A stretch of 64,000 bases of DNA from Macrostomum lignano (GCA_002269645.1 NIVC01001463.1:186001-250000), one strand, 5' to 3'; numbered from the stretch's first letter, positions 11,609 through 23,673 are shown. Notes: generated by a model not told the origin, from the letters alone. Translations and numbers: made by a program.

Positions 11609-14600
11609 TCAGTCCAATCGCCTAGCAACGGTGGCGCAGTAGGCGGAGAACTCCGCATCGGTGCCGAAGAAGCCGAGGCACTTCCGCCGGGTGCATTGCG
11701 ACCTGGCCGCGCCCAGACAGGTGCAATAGTTGCAGCCGTCGAAGTAGCTGACTCCCTCGGCCGCCGGGCCGGGGCAGGCCTCCGCAGCGGTGACGCAGGG
11801 GCCGTTGTGTCGGCGCCCGGCGGCCAATTCGCGGCGCACCTCGGCGGCCCGCCGGCGGCAGAACTCGCTGCCAGCTGGGTTGGACTCTTTGAGCGGCAGC
11901 TTGCAGGTGCGGCCCTCGCTGAGGCCGGCGCTGGGGCCTTCGCACAGCACCAGGTTGCAGCCGTCGTTATAGACGAAGCCGCTATTCTCGGCTGTGCACA
12001 CCGAGGAACGATGCAGCTCCGGGCAGGTGTAGCCGCGATCCGGAGCTAGCAGTTCGGCAACCTCGGCGGCTACCTCGCGGCACTTGATGCTCTCGGAGGC
12101 GCTCTCGAGCGGGCACTGGCCTGTCGGCGGCCGGGTCAGCAGGTTTTTCCCCGGGCCGCAGACGAAGTGATTGCCGCCGTAACAGGCGTCACTGAACTGG
12201 TAGCCGGGCCACGTGACCTCGCAGATGCGCTCGGCGTTCTCGGCCTGAGTAGTGGAGGGATCGGTGATCGAAAGAGATTTCAGGACTAAGCAATTAAAGC
12301 AGAAGGAGGACTAAAGGCAAATCGAGTGAATTTTATTGTTTGCCGGCTATTAACAGTTAGTGCTTTTGGCTTTAAACTAATAAATTTGCTGCCGGGAAAT
12401 CCTTGCATTGAATCATAGACAGAAGGGAACAATGTAACGATATATACCGATTTTTTTCGGCAGCAATTGCGTAAGCTGAAGCCGCGTAGCGGCTGAAGCT
12501 TAGTAGAGCAATTGCTGCCGAAAAAAATCGGTACATGTCATTATTGTACCCTTTTGACTTCCCTTGTCTATGGCCCAGACATAGTGCGGATGCTGAGTAT
12601 GAAATGCGATTGTTGCCGGAATGCGCTTTGAAAGGGTTGTAGAGATAATCAATCGTCTATGGCAAATTTAGTTGCTCTCTAAATGAAAGGGTTGTAGAGA
12701 TAATTAATCGTTTATGGCAAATTTAAAGGACAGTGAAGACAGCTAGCCTGGCTGCCATGAGTTTATTCTCAAGTTGATTTTGAGCTTGAATTAATTCTCC
12801 TATTCGGAGTGCAAATAGGAAAAGTAGCTATGATTCGCTACGCAAACATTCCTGGCGGAGAAATATGTGGACTCTCCACGGACGAGTTGGCTTTTGTCAC
12901 CCGAGAGTCGAGCACGCGCTACGTTCTGGAGATGGACAACCTGGATGCGTCGTCCAGTTCCAACGGGCTGCCTGAGCTAGGTAGCGAAGATCTGGAAATG
13001 TTGGACCGACTTGAGAGTGACTCAGTGCCGAAATCGACCGAGACGCAACGGAAGCTTCACGTGGGTCCAAAGTCACCAAGATTGACGACGATGCGGAATC
13101 CACCATCGAAAGTGTGACAACTGGGTCTGATAGAGGCGAGCTGATGAAAGCACCCGAGGGCGGCCAAGACCTGCCGAGAAGCCTCTGTGGTGGTCAGTTC
13201 CACAACTGCACATTCAACTTTTACGGAAAGTAAAACCATTGATTCGATCGGTTTGTTCTTAAGAACTTTTTGTGACTATGAAACACTTTCGCCGTGTTGC
13301 TATTGTTGTTCCTTGTTTTGATAGCCAAATACATTCGTCTGAAATCCGGCAACAATCGAAAAAAGCCGACAAACAATTAAATTGTTACCGCAAGTATGAA
13401 TGCCGGAAACCATAGACAAAAGGGAACAATACATAATACCATAGATCTTATATACACTAGTAGACTACTTAGTGGCACCCAGCTAAACCACAAGTCGTCG
13501 TAAGTTCTCAAAAGTTTTTTAGAAGCGCACTCGCGCTTTTGCCAATGACGCACTCGTTAGCGTTCATGAATTTCTATCCTAATCCTTCTATCCTTCTATT
13601 CTATCCTAATCATAGAACATAAAGTTCAACCATAGACAAAATCAACCCTGCTCTTTATTTTTGTTGGCTTCAATTTCTAAAAATATATCTCAATCCCGCA
13701 CCTATGATGCATTAGACCTAAAGGAGATTTTGCCATAGACAAAAGCAATTCTGCTCGCAGAATCAAATAGGAATGCGTCTATGGGAAGCTTTCCAGGAAG
13801 CGGTGATTTCAGCTAGTTTTCAGTAGTTAATGCGCATATTTGTCAGTAGCTGAAACGAGTATTAAGTTACCTTTTTATTCAGCTGTGTCAGCGAAAGATT
13901 TGTGATGCCTTTACATGACCAGTGTAAGATTACAATCAGCAGAGTGAGTTTTGAGAGAAAGAAATCGTCTTTACATTTTTTCTGGGACTGAAGGCTGTTA
14001 GACAAGTTTAAAGAAAACTGAAGTAGTTGGCTTAAACGATTAGGTAAAGGATTTAAGACGAACTAAACTTGAGCAACCTCTCTATGAATGAAATCAAGCC
14101 TTAGCATGCTTCCATGCAGTAAATATTATAATTAATTCTGATTATAAATCAGAAATCCGATTTGAGAGGACACAATATGTAGAGAAGCTTGAGAATCAAT
14201 CTTGGTCAATTAGCATACTTGATCTAATCGCATTTCGAATAGAAGTTCTATATAGAAGTTTTGGAAAATTTGGGGAGTTCCAGTTTGGAAGCCAGAACTG
14301 TAAACTCTCACCTGAGCTCGGCAGGCGTGCCGGCTGGCGTGGGCCCGAACCACTGAGTTGAAGGTGACCTTGCAGAAGAATAGTTGCTCCGGCGTGCGGG
14401 CCTCCGGGCATTGGTTCCGACTTCGCTCGAACGTGCCGCCGGAGCCGTCGCACAGGTGCACATTGCAGCCGTCGTTGAAGGTGAAGAACTGATCGGCGGT
14501 GGAACAGATGTCAACGCCAGAGAACTGCGGACAGTTGACCAGGACGTCCGGTAAAGCGGCGCCCTGCGCCCGGCTCTGAATGATTTCAAGCCGGTTGTTG

Positions 14601-14857
14601 AGCTGACGGCAGCGACTCAGCTCCGCGGCAGTGACAGCCGGCCGGCAGTAAGTCGGCTCCCTCACGGCCGAGCGCCAGCCGATGCAGGCGACAGTTGTGC
14701 AGCCGTCGAAGAAGGCCAGGCCATTGTCGGCGGTGCAGTTCTCTGTGCTCAGCTGCGGGCACTGGTAGCGCTGCTCCCGGTAGGCAGCGGCAGAGGCTGT
14801 CCAAGTCAGAGCCGACAGGGTCGCCAGAAGCAGCGGCAGCATGCGGATTGGAGCCAT
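11609..14857 (-). CDS. Secreted cysteine-rich protein with five tandem ~70-aa 6-Cys repeats; last repeat pacifastin-like
   Basis: Exon 14857-14312 (ATG, signal peptide MAPIRMLPLLLATLSALTWTASAAA) joins at phase 0 (CAG|GTGAG ... CTCAG|GCC) to exon 12244-11609. Recurring F/Y-x-D-G/A-C motif. Confidence 0.85.
12414..12572. mobile_element. Short palindromic MITE with CATAGAC...GTCTATG termini
   Basis: Inverted arms include ACCGATTTTTTTCGGCAGCAATTGC / GCAATTGCTGCCGAAAAAAATCGGT. Related CATAGAC ends occur at 13411, 13630 and 13735-13785. No clear TSD. Confidence 0.6.
12596..13400 (+). mobile_element. Internally deleted Crypton-like (tyrosine-recombinase DNA transposon) relic
   Basis: AGTATGAA direct repeats at 12596-12603 and 13393-13400; 14-bp subterminal inverted repeat at 12607-12620 / 13345-13358. 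Peptide SEDLEMLDRLESDSVPKSTETQRK is joined out of frame to ...GGQFHNCTFNFYGK*, resembling the N- and C-termini of animal Crypton/DUF3504-type proteins. Confidence 0.55.
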
Positions 14858-14989
14858 GCGGATGCCTGAAGCAGTGACATGTTCTCGTCGTAAGATAGCG
14901 CGCCCGTGAGGAATGCTTTTACGCAAGCAAACACAACATCAAAGTTACTTCGATGCCCCCCCAATCGGCTAGCAAAGCATGTGGCGCCC

Positions 14990-17555
14990 CCTTTCCAGCA
15001 GGCTTGGTCCCCCCTTTCCAGCAGGCTTGGTTCCCCCCCTTCCAGCAGGCTTGGTCCCCCCTTTCCAGCAGGCTTGGTCCCCCCCTTTCCAGCAGGCTTG
15101 GTCCCCCCTTTCCAGCAGGCTTGGTTCCCCCCCCTTTCCAGCAGGCTTGGTTCCCCCCTTCCAGCAGGCTTGGTTCCCCCCTTCCAGCAGGCTTGGTCCC
15201 CCTTCCAGCAGGCTTGGTTCCCCCCCCCCCTTTCCAGCAGGCTTGGTTCCCCCCTTCCAGCAGGCTTGGTTCCCCCTTTCCAGCAGGCTTGGTTCCCCCT
15301 TTCCAGCAGGCTTGGTTCCCCCTTTCCAGCAGGCTTGGTTCCCCCTTTCCAGCAGGCTTGGTTCCCCCCTTCCAGCAGGCTTGGTTCCCCCCCCTTTCCA
15401 GCAGGCTTGGTTCCCCCTTCCAGCAGGCTTGGTTCCCCCTTCCAGCAGGCTTGGTTCCCCCCTTTCCAGCAGGCTTGGTCCCCCCTTTCCAGCAGGCTTG
15501 GTTCCCCCCCCTTCCAGCAGGCTTGGTTCCCCCCTTCCAGCAGGCTTGGTTCCCCCTTCCAGCAGGCTTGGTTCCCCCCTCCCTTCCAGCAGGCTTGGTC
15601 CCCCTTTCCAGCAGGCTTGGTTCCCCCCTTCCAGCAGGCTTGGTCCCCCTTTCCAGCAGGCTTGGTTCCCCCCCTTCCAGCAGGCTTGGTCCCCTTCCAG
15701 CAGGCTTGGTCCCCCTTTCCAGCAGGCTTGGTTCCCCCCTTCCAGCAGGCTTGGTTCCCCCCCTTTCCAGCAGGCTTGGTCCCCCTTTCCAGCAGGCTTG
15801 GTTCCCCCTTTCCAGCAGGCTTGGTCCCCCCTTTCCAGCAGGCTTGGTCCCAGCAGGCTTGGTTCCCCCCCCCTTTCCAGCAGGCTTGGTTCCCCCCTTC
15901 CAGCAGGCTTGGTTCCCCCTTTCCAGCAGGCTTGGTTCCCCCTTTCCAGCAGGCTTGGTTCCCCCTTTCCAGCAGGCTTGGTTCCCCCCTTCCAGCAGGC
16001 TTGGTTCCCCCCCTTCCAGCAGGCTTGGTTCCCCCTTTCCAGCAGGCTTGGTTCCCCCTTTCCAGCAGGCTTGGTCCCCCCTTTCCAGCAGGCTTGGTTC
16101 CCCCCCCCTTTCCAGCAGGCTTGGTTCCCCCTTCCAGCAGGCTTGGTTCCCCCCCTTCCAGCAGGCTTGGTCCCCCTTCCAGCAGGCTTGGTTCCCCCCC
16201 CTTTCCAGCAGGCTTGGTTCCCCCTTCCAGCAGGCTTGGTTCCCCCTTTCCAGCAGGCTTGGTTCCCCCTTTCCAGCAGGCTTGGTTCCCCCTTTCCAGC
16301 AGGCTTGGTTCCCCCTTTCCAGCAGGCTTGGTTCCCCCCTTCCAGCAGGCTTGGTTCCCCCCCTTTCCAGCAGGCTTGGTTCCCCCCTTCCAGCAGGCTT
16401 GGTTCCCCCCTTCCAGCAGGCTTGGTCCCCCTTCCAGCAGGCTTGGTTCCCCCCCTTTCCAGCAGGCTTGGTTCCCCCTTTCCAGCAGGCTTGGTTCCCC
16501 CTTTCCAGCAGGCTTGGTTCCCCTTTCCAGCAGGCTTGGTTCCCCCCCTTCCAGCAGGCTTGGTCCCCCTTTCCAGCAGGCTTGGTTCCCCCCCTTCCAG
16601 CAGGCTTGGTCCCCCTTTCCAGCAGGCTTGGTTCCCCCCTTCCAGCAGGCTTGGTCCCCCTTCCAGCAGGCTTGGTCCCCCCTTTCCAGCAGGCTTGGTT
16701 CCCCCCTTCCAGCAGGCTTGGTCCCCCCTTTCCAGCAGGCTTGGTCCCCCCTTTCCAGCAGGCTTGGTTCCCCCTTTCCAGCAGGCTTGGTCCCCCCTTT
16801 CCAGCAGGCTTGGTCCCCCTTTCCAGCAGGCTTGGTTCCCCCCTTCCAGCAGGCTTGGTCCCCCTTTCCAGCAGGCTTGGTTCCCCCCCCTTTCCAGCAG
16901 GCTTGGTTCCCCCTTCCAGCAGGCTTGGTTCCCCCTTTCCAGCAGGCTTGGTTCCCCCTTTCCAGCAGGCTTGGTTCCCCCTTTCCAGCAGGCTTGGTTC
17001 CCCCCTTCCAGCAGGCTTGGTTCCCCCCCTTTCCAGCAGGCTTGGTTCCCCCCTTCCAGCAGGCTTGGTCCCCCCCTTTCCAGCAGGCTTGGTCCCCCTT
17101 CCAGCAGGCTTGGTTCCCCCCCCCCTTTCCAGCAGGCTTGGTTCCCCCTTTCCAGCAGGCTTGGTTCCCCCTTTCCAGCAGGCTTGGTTCCCCTTTCCAG
17201 CAGGCTTGGTTCCCCCCCCCCTTCCAGCAGGCTTGGTCCCCCTTTCCAGCAGGCTTGGTTCCCCCCTTCCAGCAGGCTTGGTCCCCCTTTCCAGCAGGCT
17301 TGGTTCCCCCCTTCCAGCAGGCTTGGTCCCCCTTCCAGCAGGCTTGGTCCCCCTTTCCAGCAGGCTTGGTTCCCCCCTTCCAGCAGGCTTGGTTCCCCCC
17401 TTTCCAGCAGGCTTGGTCCCCCCTTTCCAGCAGGCTTGGTTCCCCCCCCCTTACAGCAGGCTTGGTTCCCCCCCTTCCAGCAGGCTTGGTTCCCCCCTTT
17501 CAGCAGGCTTGGTTCCCCCCTTTCAGCAGGCTTGGTTCCCCCTTTCAAGCAGGCT
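14990..17555 (+). repeat. 2.56-kb satellite: constant core TTCCAGCAGGCTTGGT(T) plus variable poly-C, ~21-26 bp unit, >100 copies
   Basis: Direct reading; the repeat has no stop codon in several frames, hence the four 860-895 aa artefact ORFs. Confidence 0.97.
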
Positions 17556-18496
17556 TTCCTGACTTAAGCCTATTCAGAGATGCTTACTACTAACCACGGT
17601 CGATTCTGCTTAACTTGCTCACACTGGCGGTGAATACGCTAGCCCACCCTCGGAAGGGTGCTAAGAAAATTTGTTTGATGAAACACAGACAGAATTGCAA
17701 ATGAAATCCAATAACAGACTTACTCAAGTGCGCGGTGTCTTCAGCAAAAATGTTACGCCAGTAGCTATGGTTGTTATTTTCGGTACACAGTAATCGCTCA
17801 AGAGACCAGTCGCAACTGAGTTAAATAGGCGCAGATCGAGAGCGCACGCACCCGCAAACGATGATTTCCAAAAACGCAGTTTTTAATCACCGGAACCACC
17901 GAGGGCCTTTTCGTATAGCGGGAATTACTGAGTCGAAAGTAGAGAAAGTGGAATCGCTGTGAGACTAAGCGGGGTTGCTACCGAAAGCAGCCATCGCTAC
18001 TGCTAAATAATTGGACCGGAGGGGAGCCACCAGAACAGTCATCATCGCAACTAACAACGGCTACGACAGACTGACTGTAGCTGAGCTTGAAATTGTTCGC
18101 CACACGCGACCCACATGCAGAGCTCGCATTAATCACTAGGCAGGAAGAAACTCAGTCAAGCCTGCGGTGACTCACGCGTCGCAGAAACCAAAATCAGAGA
18201 TGCTTTTCATTATTCATTTCGCCAGCTATTATTTCTGACAGGCCAACAGCAAATTTTGCATGCTCAACCCGACAGGACGAGGGTGCTAAAAGTGTCACCC
18301 TTTCCCCTAGGCCAGTTGTTGCAGTTTTTCGTGATAAATTCGAGTGCAGTTCAGGATAAATGTTCCTAAATAGGTTGGCCCTACGCAGTACATGCTTGTA
18401 AAAATTCGTGTGTGGGTTGCAGTGCAAATAGTTGCTTGATTTTCCGCTTCTAGAAAGCATTCGCGACCTCTAGGAATTATACGAGCGCAGGAATGT

Positions 18497-18925
18497 CAAG
18501 GACCACTAGAAGAAGGGTGACGGGACACTTCGTTTCTTGGAAAATTTATTAAAGGCTGATTTTCACGGAAAAATGCACTAGCGAGATAGGAACTTTTCAC
18601 ATTTTTCACTTTAAAATGGTGATAGCTTTTTATTGAAAGCAGATACAAAGCTCTTCTGTTGATATAACTTACAAAACATGTTGCTTCGACGGATTTTGTA
18701 AGATTTTTTCGTGAATAATTGATATTCATATTATTTTAGTTACTAGCTATATCATGCAGTAATTATAGTCTAAAGCTAACTAGTGACTAACTTGAATTTT
18801 ACAATATCTGTTTAATCGAATGTGAAAAGTTCTTATCTCGCTAGTGCATTTTTCCGTGAAAATCAGCCTTTAATAAATTTTCCAAGAAACGAAGTGTCCC
18901 GTCCTTCTTCTTCTAGTGGTCCTTG
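18497..18925. mobile_element. MITE related to the 1175-1900 element, ~110-bp TIRs, 8-bp TSD
   Basis: CAAGGACCACTAGAAGAAGG...CCTTCTTCTTCTAGTGGTCCTTG; AGGAATGT is directly repeated at 18489-18496 and 18926-18933. Confidence 0.92.
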
Positions 18926-18970
18926 AGGAATGTATAGTGAAATCGAGTTTAGTGCGAGTCTGGGAGACTA

Positions 18971-19440
18971 TGCGCACCTTCTCAAACAAGAATCAAGTCG
19001 GCAGCCCTCCGGACCGTCTACATATACATGTAACAATTCTACCACGTCGGATTTCCCCATAAGCGCCAGTGTATTCAATACACCCCGGTGCGCCAATCAG
19101 CACTGCGCCTCAGTGCAGCCTTGCCAAGCTTTCATCAGCACGTCGACCGCATGTATCTGGATCAGCTCTGACTTTGTATGGTCACTGGCAATCTGGCATT
19201 TACCCAGGCGGAGCTTCTGGACCTTCAACAGGTGACTATGGACATCATGTTGCAAATTTCTTTACAGTGTCGTTTCGCTAATCAAGCCGATCGACAGTGA
19301 GCAAGCCTCATCAACTGCTGCTGGACATCTTCAGCTATACTCTCTCAAGCATTCGGTCACCATTTAGACGCAATCGCGGCTCCTTCAACGGATAACACCA
19401 GGAGGGCTGGCGACTTGATTCTTGTTTAAGAAGGTGCGCA
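18971..19440. mobile_element. Element bounded by 40-bp inverted repeats (2 mismatches), no TSD seen
   Basis: TGCGCACCTTCTCAAACAAGAATCAAGTCGGCAGCCCTCC at 18971-19010 and its reverse complement at 19401-19440. Confidence 0.6.
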
Positions 19441-20313
19441 ATAAAAAGTTAGCCAGTGCTCTTGGATTTCCTGTGCCTGCGTTGCTTTGTTCCGGCGCAG
19501 CAAAAAATATTTGAGGGGGGGGGGGAATTCCCCCCTTTTGGTAGTTCGACTGGCGGCAAGATGGCTTGGCGTTCCCGCTTTTAACATGTGCATGCGCGGT
19601 GACAGTCTGGCCCAGTCGTATTTAGAATAGATATCCCTGCTTTATGCATAGTTTTGAAGCTCAAAAAGGTCATCGCATCCTCTGAAAGGACCGAAAACTT
19701 GCTGTTTATGTAAATTTGGCAAATGTATAGAAAAGTTTTGAACACCTTTGGTATGTTTGCGCTGTCACTTTCGGGTGCATTAAACAGTTTGTCTGCAGTA
19801 CATTACTTGCATAACCATAATACGACATACGAGCTACATGTAAGGAGGCCCGTGCAATTCACACATATGATGGCCAACCACCCCCCAAGGCCGACGATTA
19901 CAAAGTCAGGGCCCGCTGTACACCCTGCGTGAGCATGTGCCAACGAAATCAAGGAAGACAAAATACTCGAAATCCGACAAGACTGCATTGTGCAAGAGCT
20001 TAATAAACTTTGACAATTATTCTAGTTGTTAAAATAGCAGATTTTGCTGACTATATTGGAAGATTTGCTTCGCTACAGACAAAAAATAACAAAATATCTA
20101 ATGACTGAGATAAGCATTTTACTATTAGTAGTGCAAGCACGTACATACGGTAAAACGCATTAAATCATTTTTTAGTTCAGAATCAGCGCAGTACCTAATA
20201 CAGGCAGAATTAAGTATTTGAATAATAATTTAAGTGTATAATTTCAGCAGACTGGTTAATGCTGTTGGCTCAGTTAGAGTCTGCTTAATCTCTATAGATA
20301 ATTAGCACGACAT

Positions 20314-22080
20314 CTACATAATCCTGCTAGTCAGATAGGCGGATGTGTACTCGAACACTAGCAGCATGATGGCGCCGCCAGGACCCAGGCGAATAATCTT
20401 GGGTATTAGGCCGCGGTACAGGGCTCGCCAGCTGTGGGAATTAGCGATTTGCATGTATGCCGATATGTATCGAAAAAGGAAAATTGATTCTTTATAATAA
20501 AAGCGATAGTAGGTATTTGATACAGGCGGGGGAGGATGTGGCGGAGCGGTATCGCATCGTTTTTAAGTGGCAGAGGTCGTATGCTCGATTCCTGACATTT
20601 TCTGTTATTCAAAATAATTTTTATTTGCACACGCGAACAGTACAGTAAAGGGGCCGTTGACTGTGGGCCTGTGTCTGTGTATCCAGCTTAGTGTCACAGA
20701 TCCCCTGGTTCGATTCCGTGCGCGGCCGCATCCATTTGGGGCTTGTGTGCACGGAAATTGTGCAGGGGGTTGTTGTGCGATTCACAGCCATGAGGACCGA
20801 CCCCCCCCCCCCCAAGACAGAGTGTGCATGTTTGACGATTAGAAAGCAAGGGCCACTGTACACCCTGTGTGAGCGTGTGTATGAGACTGATAACAAACTC
20901 GCTCACCCCTCTTCGCGATAGACCAGCCCGATGGTCTGGAAGCAGGCCCTATACTTAGTCTTGCCCTGTGGCCCCTGGATACGCGATTTGGCCACGTCGA
21001 ACGGTATATTGATGCAGGAGGCCAGCGTCCCGGCGCTGAAGCCGATGAGAAATTTGCGCGCAATGTCCAGTCGGCCGGGCAGCGCGCTGGCTTGCGTGGC
21101 CTCTAAGCCGGTGAAATATATGCCGAAATAGAAGCAGTTGAACACCGCGTGCCGGCCTATGGTGGCCGTCAGGCCCAAGTTGAGGCCACGAAGGCCCAAG
21201 CCATCTGTGCGAACGATTTTGCGCACCGTTGACCAGGTGGAGTCTTGCTGTAGGAGAATTGATTATTAATTTGCTAAACAAATTAACAGGTGTTAATGTG
21301 CCTAAAGTAGTCAATGAGGTCAAAACTCAGGCCTAATTTTATTACGAACTGATTTTACTGTTAAAAAGATTTTTTCTATACATATCGGGTAAAAACCGAT
21401 AGGAAAAAGTTCATTATACAATAAATGTATATTTAGTTTCTATTATTTAAACTCACTCACCAATGCATACTGTTGCTTCTGCGACTGAAGCAAAACCTTA
21501 ACTCTTTCAAACGGATTGATCACAAATGCTTCGGTAAAGCCGGACATAAAGCCCGCTCCAGAATAGACCTAAAAATTATTATGTTTCTACTGTAAGTAGC
21601 AAAACCAGAAAATGCAAGAAATTAAGTCAGGTATTAGATAAAAGCATTACCAAAGCGGATGAAATAGGAAGAGCCTTGAATAGTCGCTTGTACTCTTCGA
21701 ATGTAAAAAACTTGACAGCACGCTTCGGCGTTTCCGCCAAAAGTGGCGGCAAAATACCCTTGTAATAGGAAAGAAATCTAAAATTGTGGTGTACGTCATT
21801 GGTATTATAGTTTACACAAGTGAAAAGAACTACTTTAATGAAACACTACAAGACACGCCAAATTAGAATACAAAAAACAATGGAATTACCCTTCAGCTCT
21901 GTACATGTCTCGAAAGCACGTCACAATACTAGCATTTGTATCTGGATAGACCTGATATCTTGTTTTAACAAGATCAACCGGATGCATAATACAAACTTCC
22001 ACAAAACCAGCGAAACCGCCGGATGCAAAATTTATAGCAGCCATTGTGGCAGCACTGGGTAATTTTTTTTCGCTTGCCAT
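20314..22080 (-). CDS. SLC25A21: Mitochondrial 2-oxodicarboxylate carrier
   Basis: Exons 22080-21890, 21777-21651, 21568-21461, 21247-20907, 20431-20314 join in frame. Carrier signatures HPVDLVKTR, NPFERVK and IPFDVAKSRIQ; family motifs KGILPPLLAETPKRAVKF, GRHAVFNCFYFG and RLGPGGAIML. Confidence 0.93.
20640..20890 (+). mobile_element. tRNA-derived SINE, family A copy 1 (last intron of SLC25A21)
   Basis: Pol III B box GGTTCGATTCC at 20707-20717. Body (TGACGATTAGA...GGGCC(A/G)CTGTACAC(C/T)CTGTGTGAGCG) is shared with copies at ~25.1, 36.6 and 48.0 kb. Confidence 0.75.
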
Positions 22081-22220
22081 TTGCTGAAAAAATTAAATTA
22101 CAGTGAGTTAAAAAGTTTGACAAATTGAGTTAATTAATATAATAATTATAGTAGTGGCAGTGCATATCGACGTCTGCTACAATGTAATATAAATAATAAC
22201 AAATTTCCGTTGGCTTACAA

Positions 22221-22293
22221 GCCCGGTTAGCTCAGTCGGTAGAGCATGAGACTCTTAATCTCAGGGTCGTGGGTTCGAGCCCCACATCGGGCG
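22221..22293 (+). tRNA. tRNA-Lys (anticodon CTT)
   Basis: GCCCGGTTAGCTCAGTCGGTAGAGCATGAGACTCTTAATCTCAGGGTCGTGGGTTCGAGCCCCACATCGGGCG folds as a cloverleaf, has A and B boxes, and is followed by a T-run terminator. Confidence 0.97.
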
Positions 22294-23419
22294 AATTTTT
22301 TTACAATCTGGTCAAATCGAAAATAACGAAACAACTGTTTTACTTGGCATTAATTTTTAGACTATATTCTAGTATATAGGATTCTGAACCAAATGCAACA
22401 AAGAGTTATATTATTTTTATTACTATTCTTCAACTTGGTCCAACTTCGAATTTTTCAGCCGACATGTATCGAAAAAGCACTTTAAACTGTATAAAAAGAA
22501 CGTTATAACAAACAAGCTAGCTAGTCTGTATTTTAACGATTTCATAATTATTCACATATGATTTTTTAAGAATACTCACTAATCCTTCTCAAGTCGATAT
22601 CAATTTGGGTGCTAGTGACGAAGTATAATAAAATATTTTATCCGAAATAATTTTCGTCAAACTGTCGTCAAACAATAAAATGTCATTATAACAGCTGTGT
22701 TTCGTTTTGCAATGTAGCTTCGGATTGAAAATGGATATATTTAGAAAGCATGCAGATAAATGTTTGACGAGGTGAATAATGGATGAGGAGGATAGAAATT
22801 TATGCAATACTTCAATTTTACGTGCTAAAAACATTTTTATTACTACGAGTATCCAGCAGTACCTACTATCAGTAGGCACAAAGTATATAAAGTATATAAT
22901 TGCAACGAATTGAAAGACCAACGGTTGACAGAGAAAACGGAAGTGACAAGTGCACTTTTTGAGCACGCATTTGACATCAATGATCAATATTTATTAAATG
23001 GAAGAACTGTTCGTTCTGTGGAGACTATAAAAGCACTTGTCGAATTAAATACATGCATTGAGCAAGCTAAAATAGCATTTCGATGTTGCATATTCCCATT
23101 TTTATTGTTAGCAAATTTAAGCAGGCTATGCTAATGACCAGGAAAAGAAGCACATAAACAATCGTATATAGCAGCAGAAAAACATAATAGAGAGGAAGCA
23201 ATTGAACAGCTGACAGATTTGCGATTTATGGCATTAAATTGAAATACAAATTCCATCATCTATTGGTGTTTAGGCAGAGAAGTTTAAACCAAAACAACAA
23301 GCAGGTAGGTAGAATATAAAATCTGACAACAAGCATTTGTGACCGGATGGTTAAATGTGCATGCATAAATAGCAAATCATTATTGGTGCATTGAAATCCG
23401 GATAGGGATACAAATCCCC

Positions 23420-23600
23420 ACTATATCGGTGTCTATGGGGATTGGGATACAGGTGTGTACAGAAACCCCCATTATGAATATCGGTGTCTATGGGGATTTG
23501 GATACAGGTGTGTACAGAAACCCCCATTATGAATATCGGTGTCTATGGGGATTTGGATACAGGTGTGTACAGAAATCCCCATTATGAATATCGGGATACA
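23420..23600 (+). repeat. ~61-bp tandem repeat x3 downstream of the EXTL3 stop
   Basis: CCCCATTATGAATATCGGTGTCTATGGGGATTTGGATACAGGTGTGTACAGAAA repeated. Confidence 0.85.
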
Positions 23601-23673
23601 GGTACGCACCAATAATAGTTCGGTATAAAAAGCAGGCCTGAGTCACACCATGGAAACAAGCAATATTCCTAAT

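Noticed and set aside
14990-17555. CRISPR-like repeat/spacer appearance (also 26986-27825 and 55325-56030)
   Set aside because: No unique spacers, no cas genes, eukaryotic context.
14906-17593. Four 860-895 aa ORFs
   Set aside because: Translations of a stop-free satellite in several frames on both strands; no coding signature.
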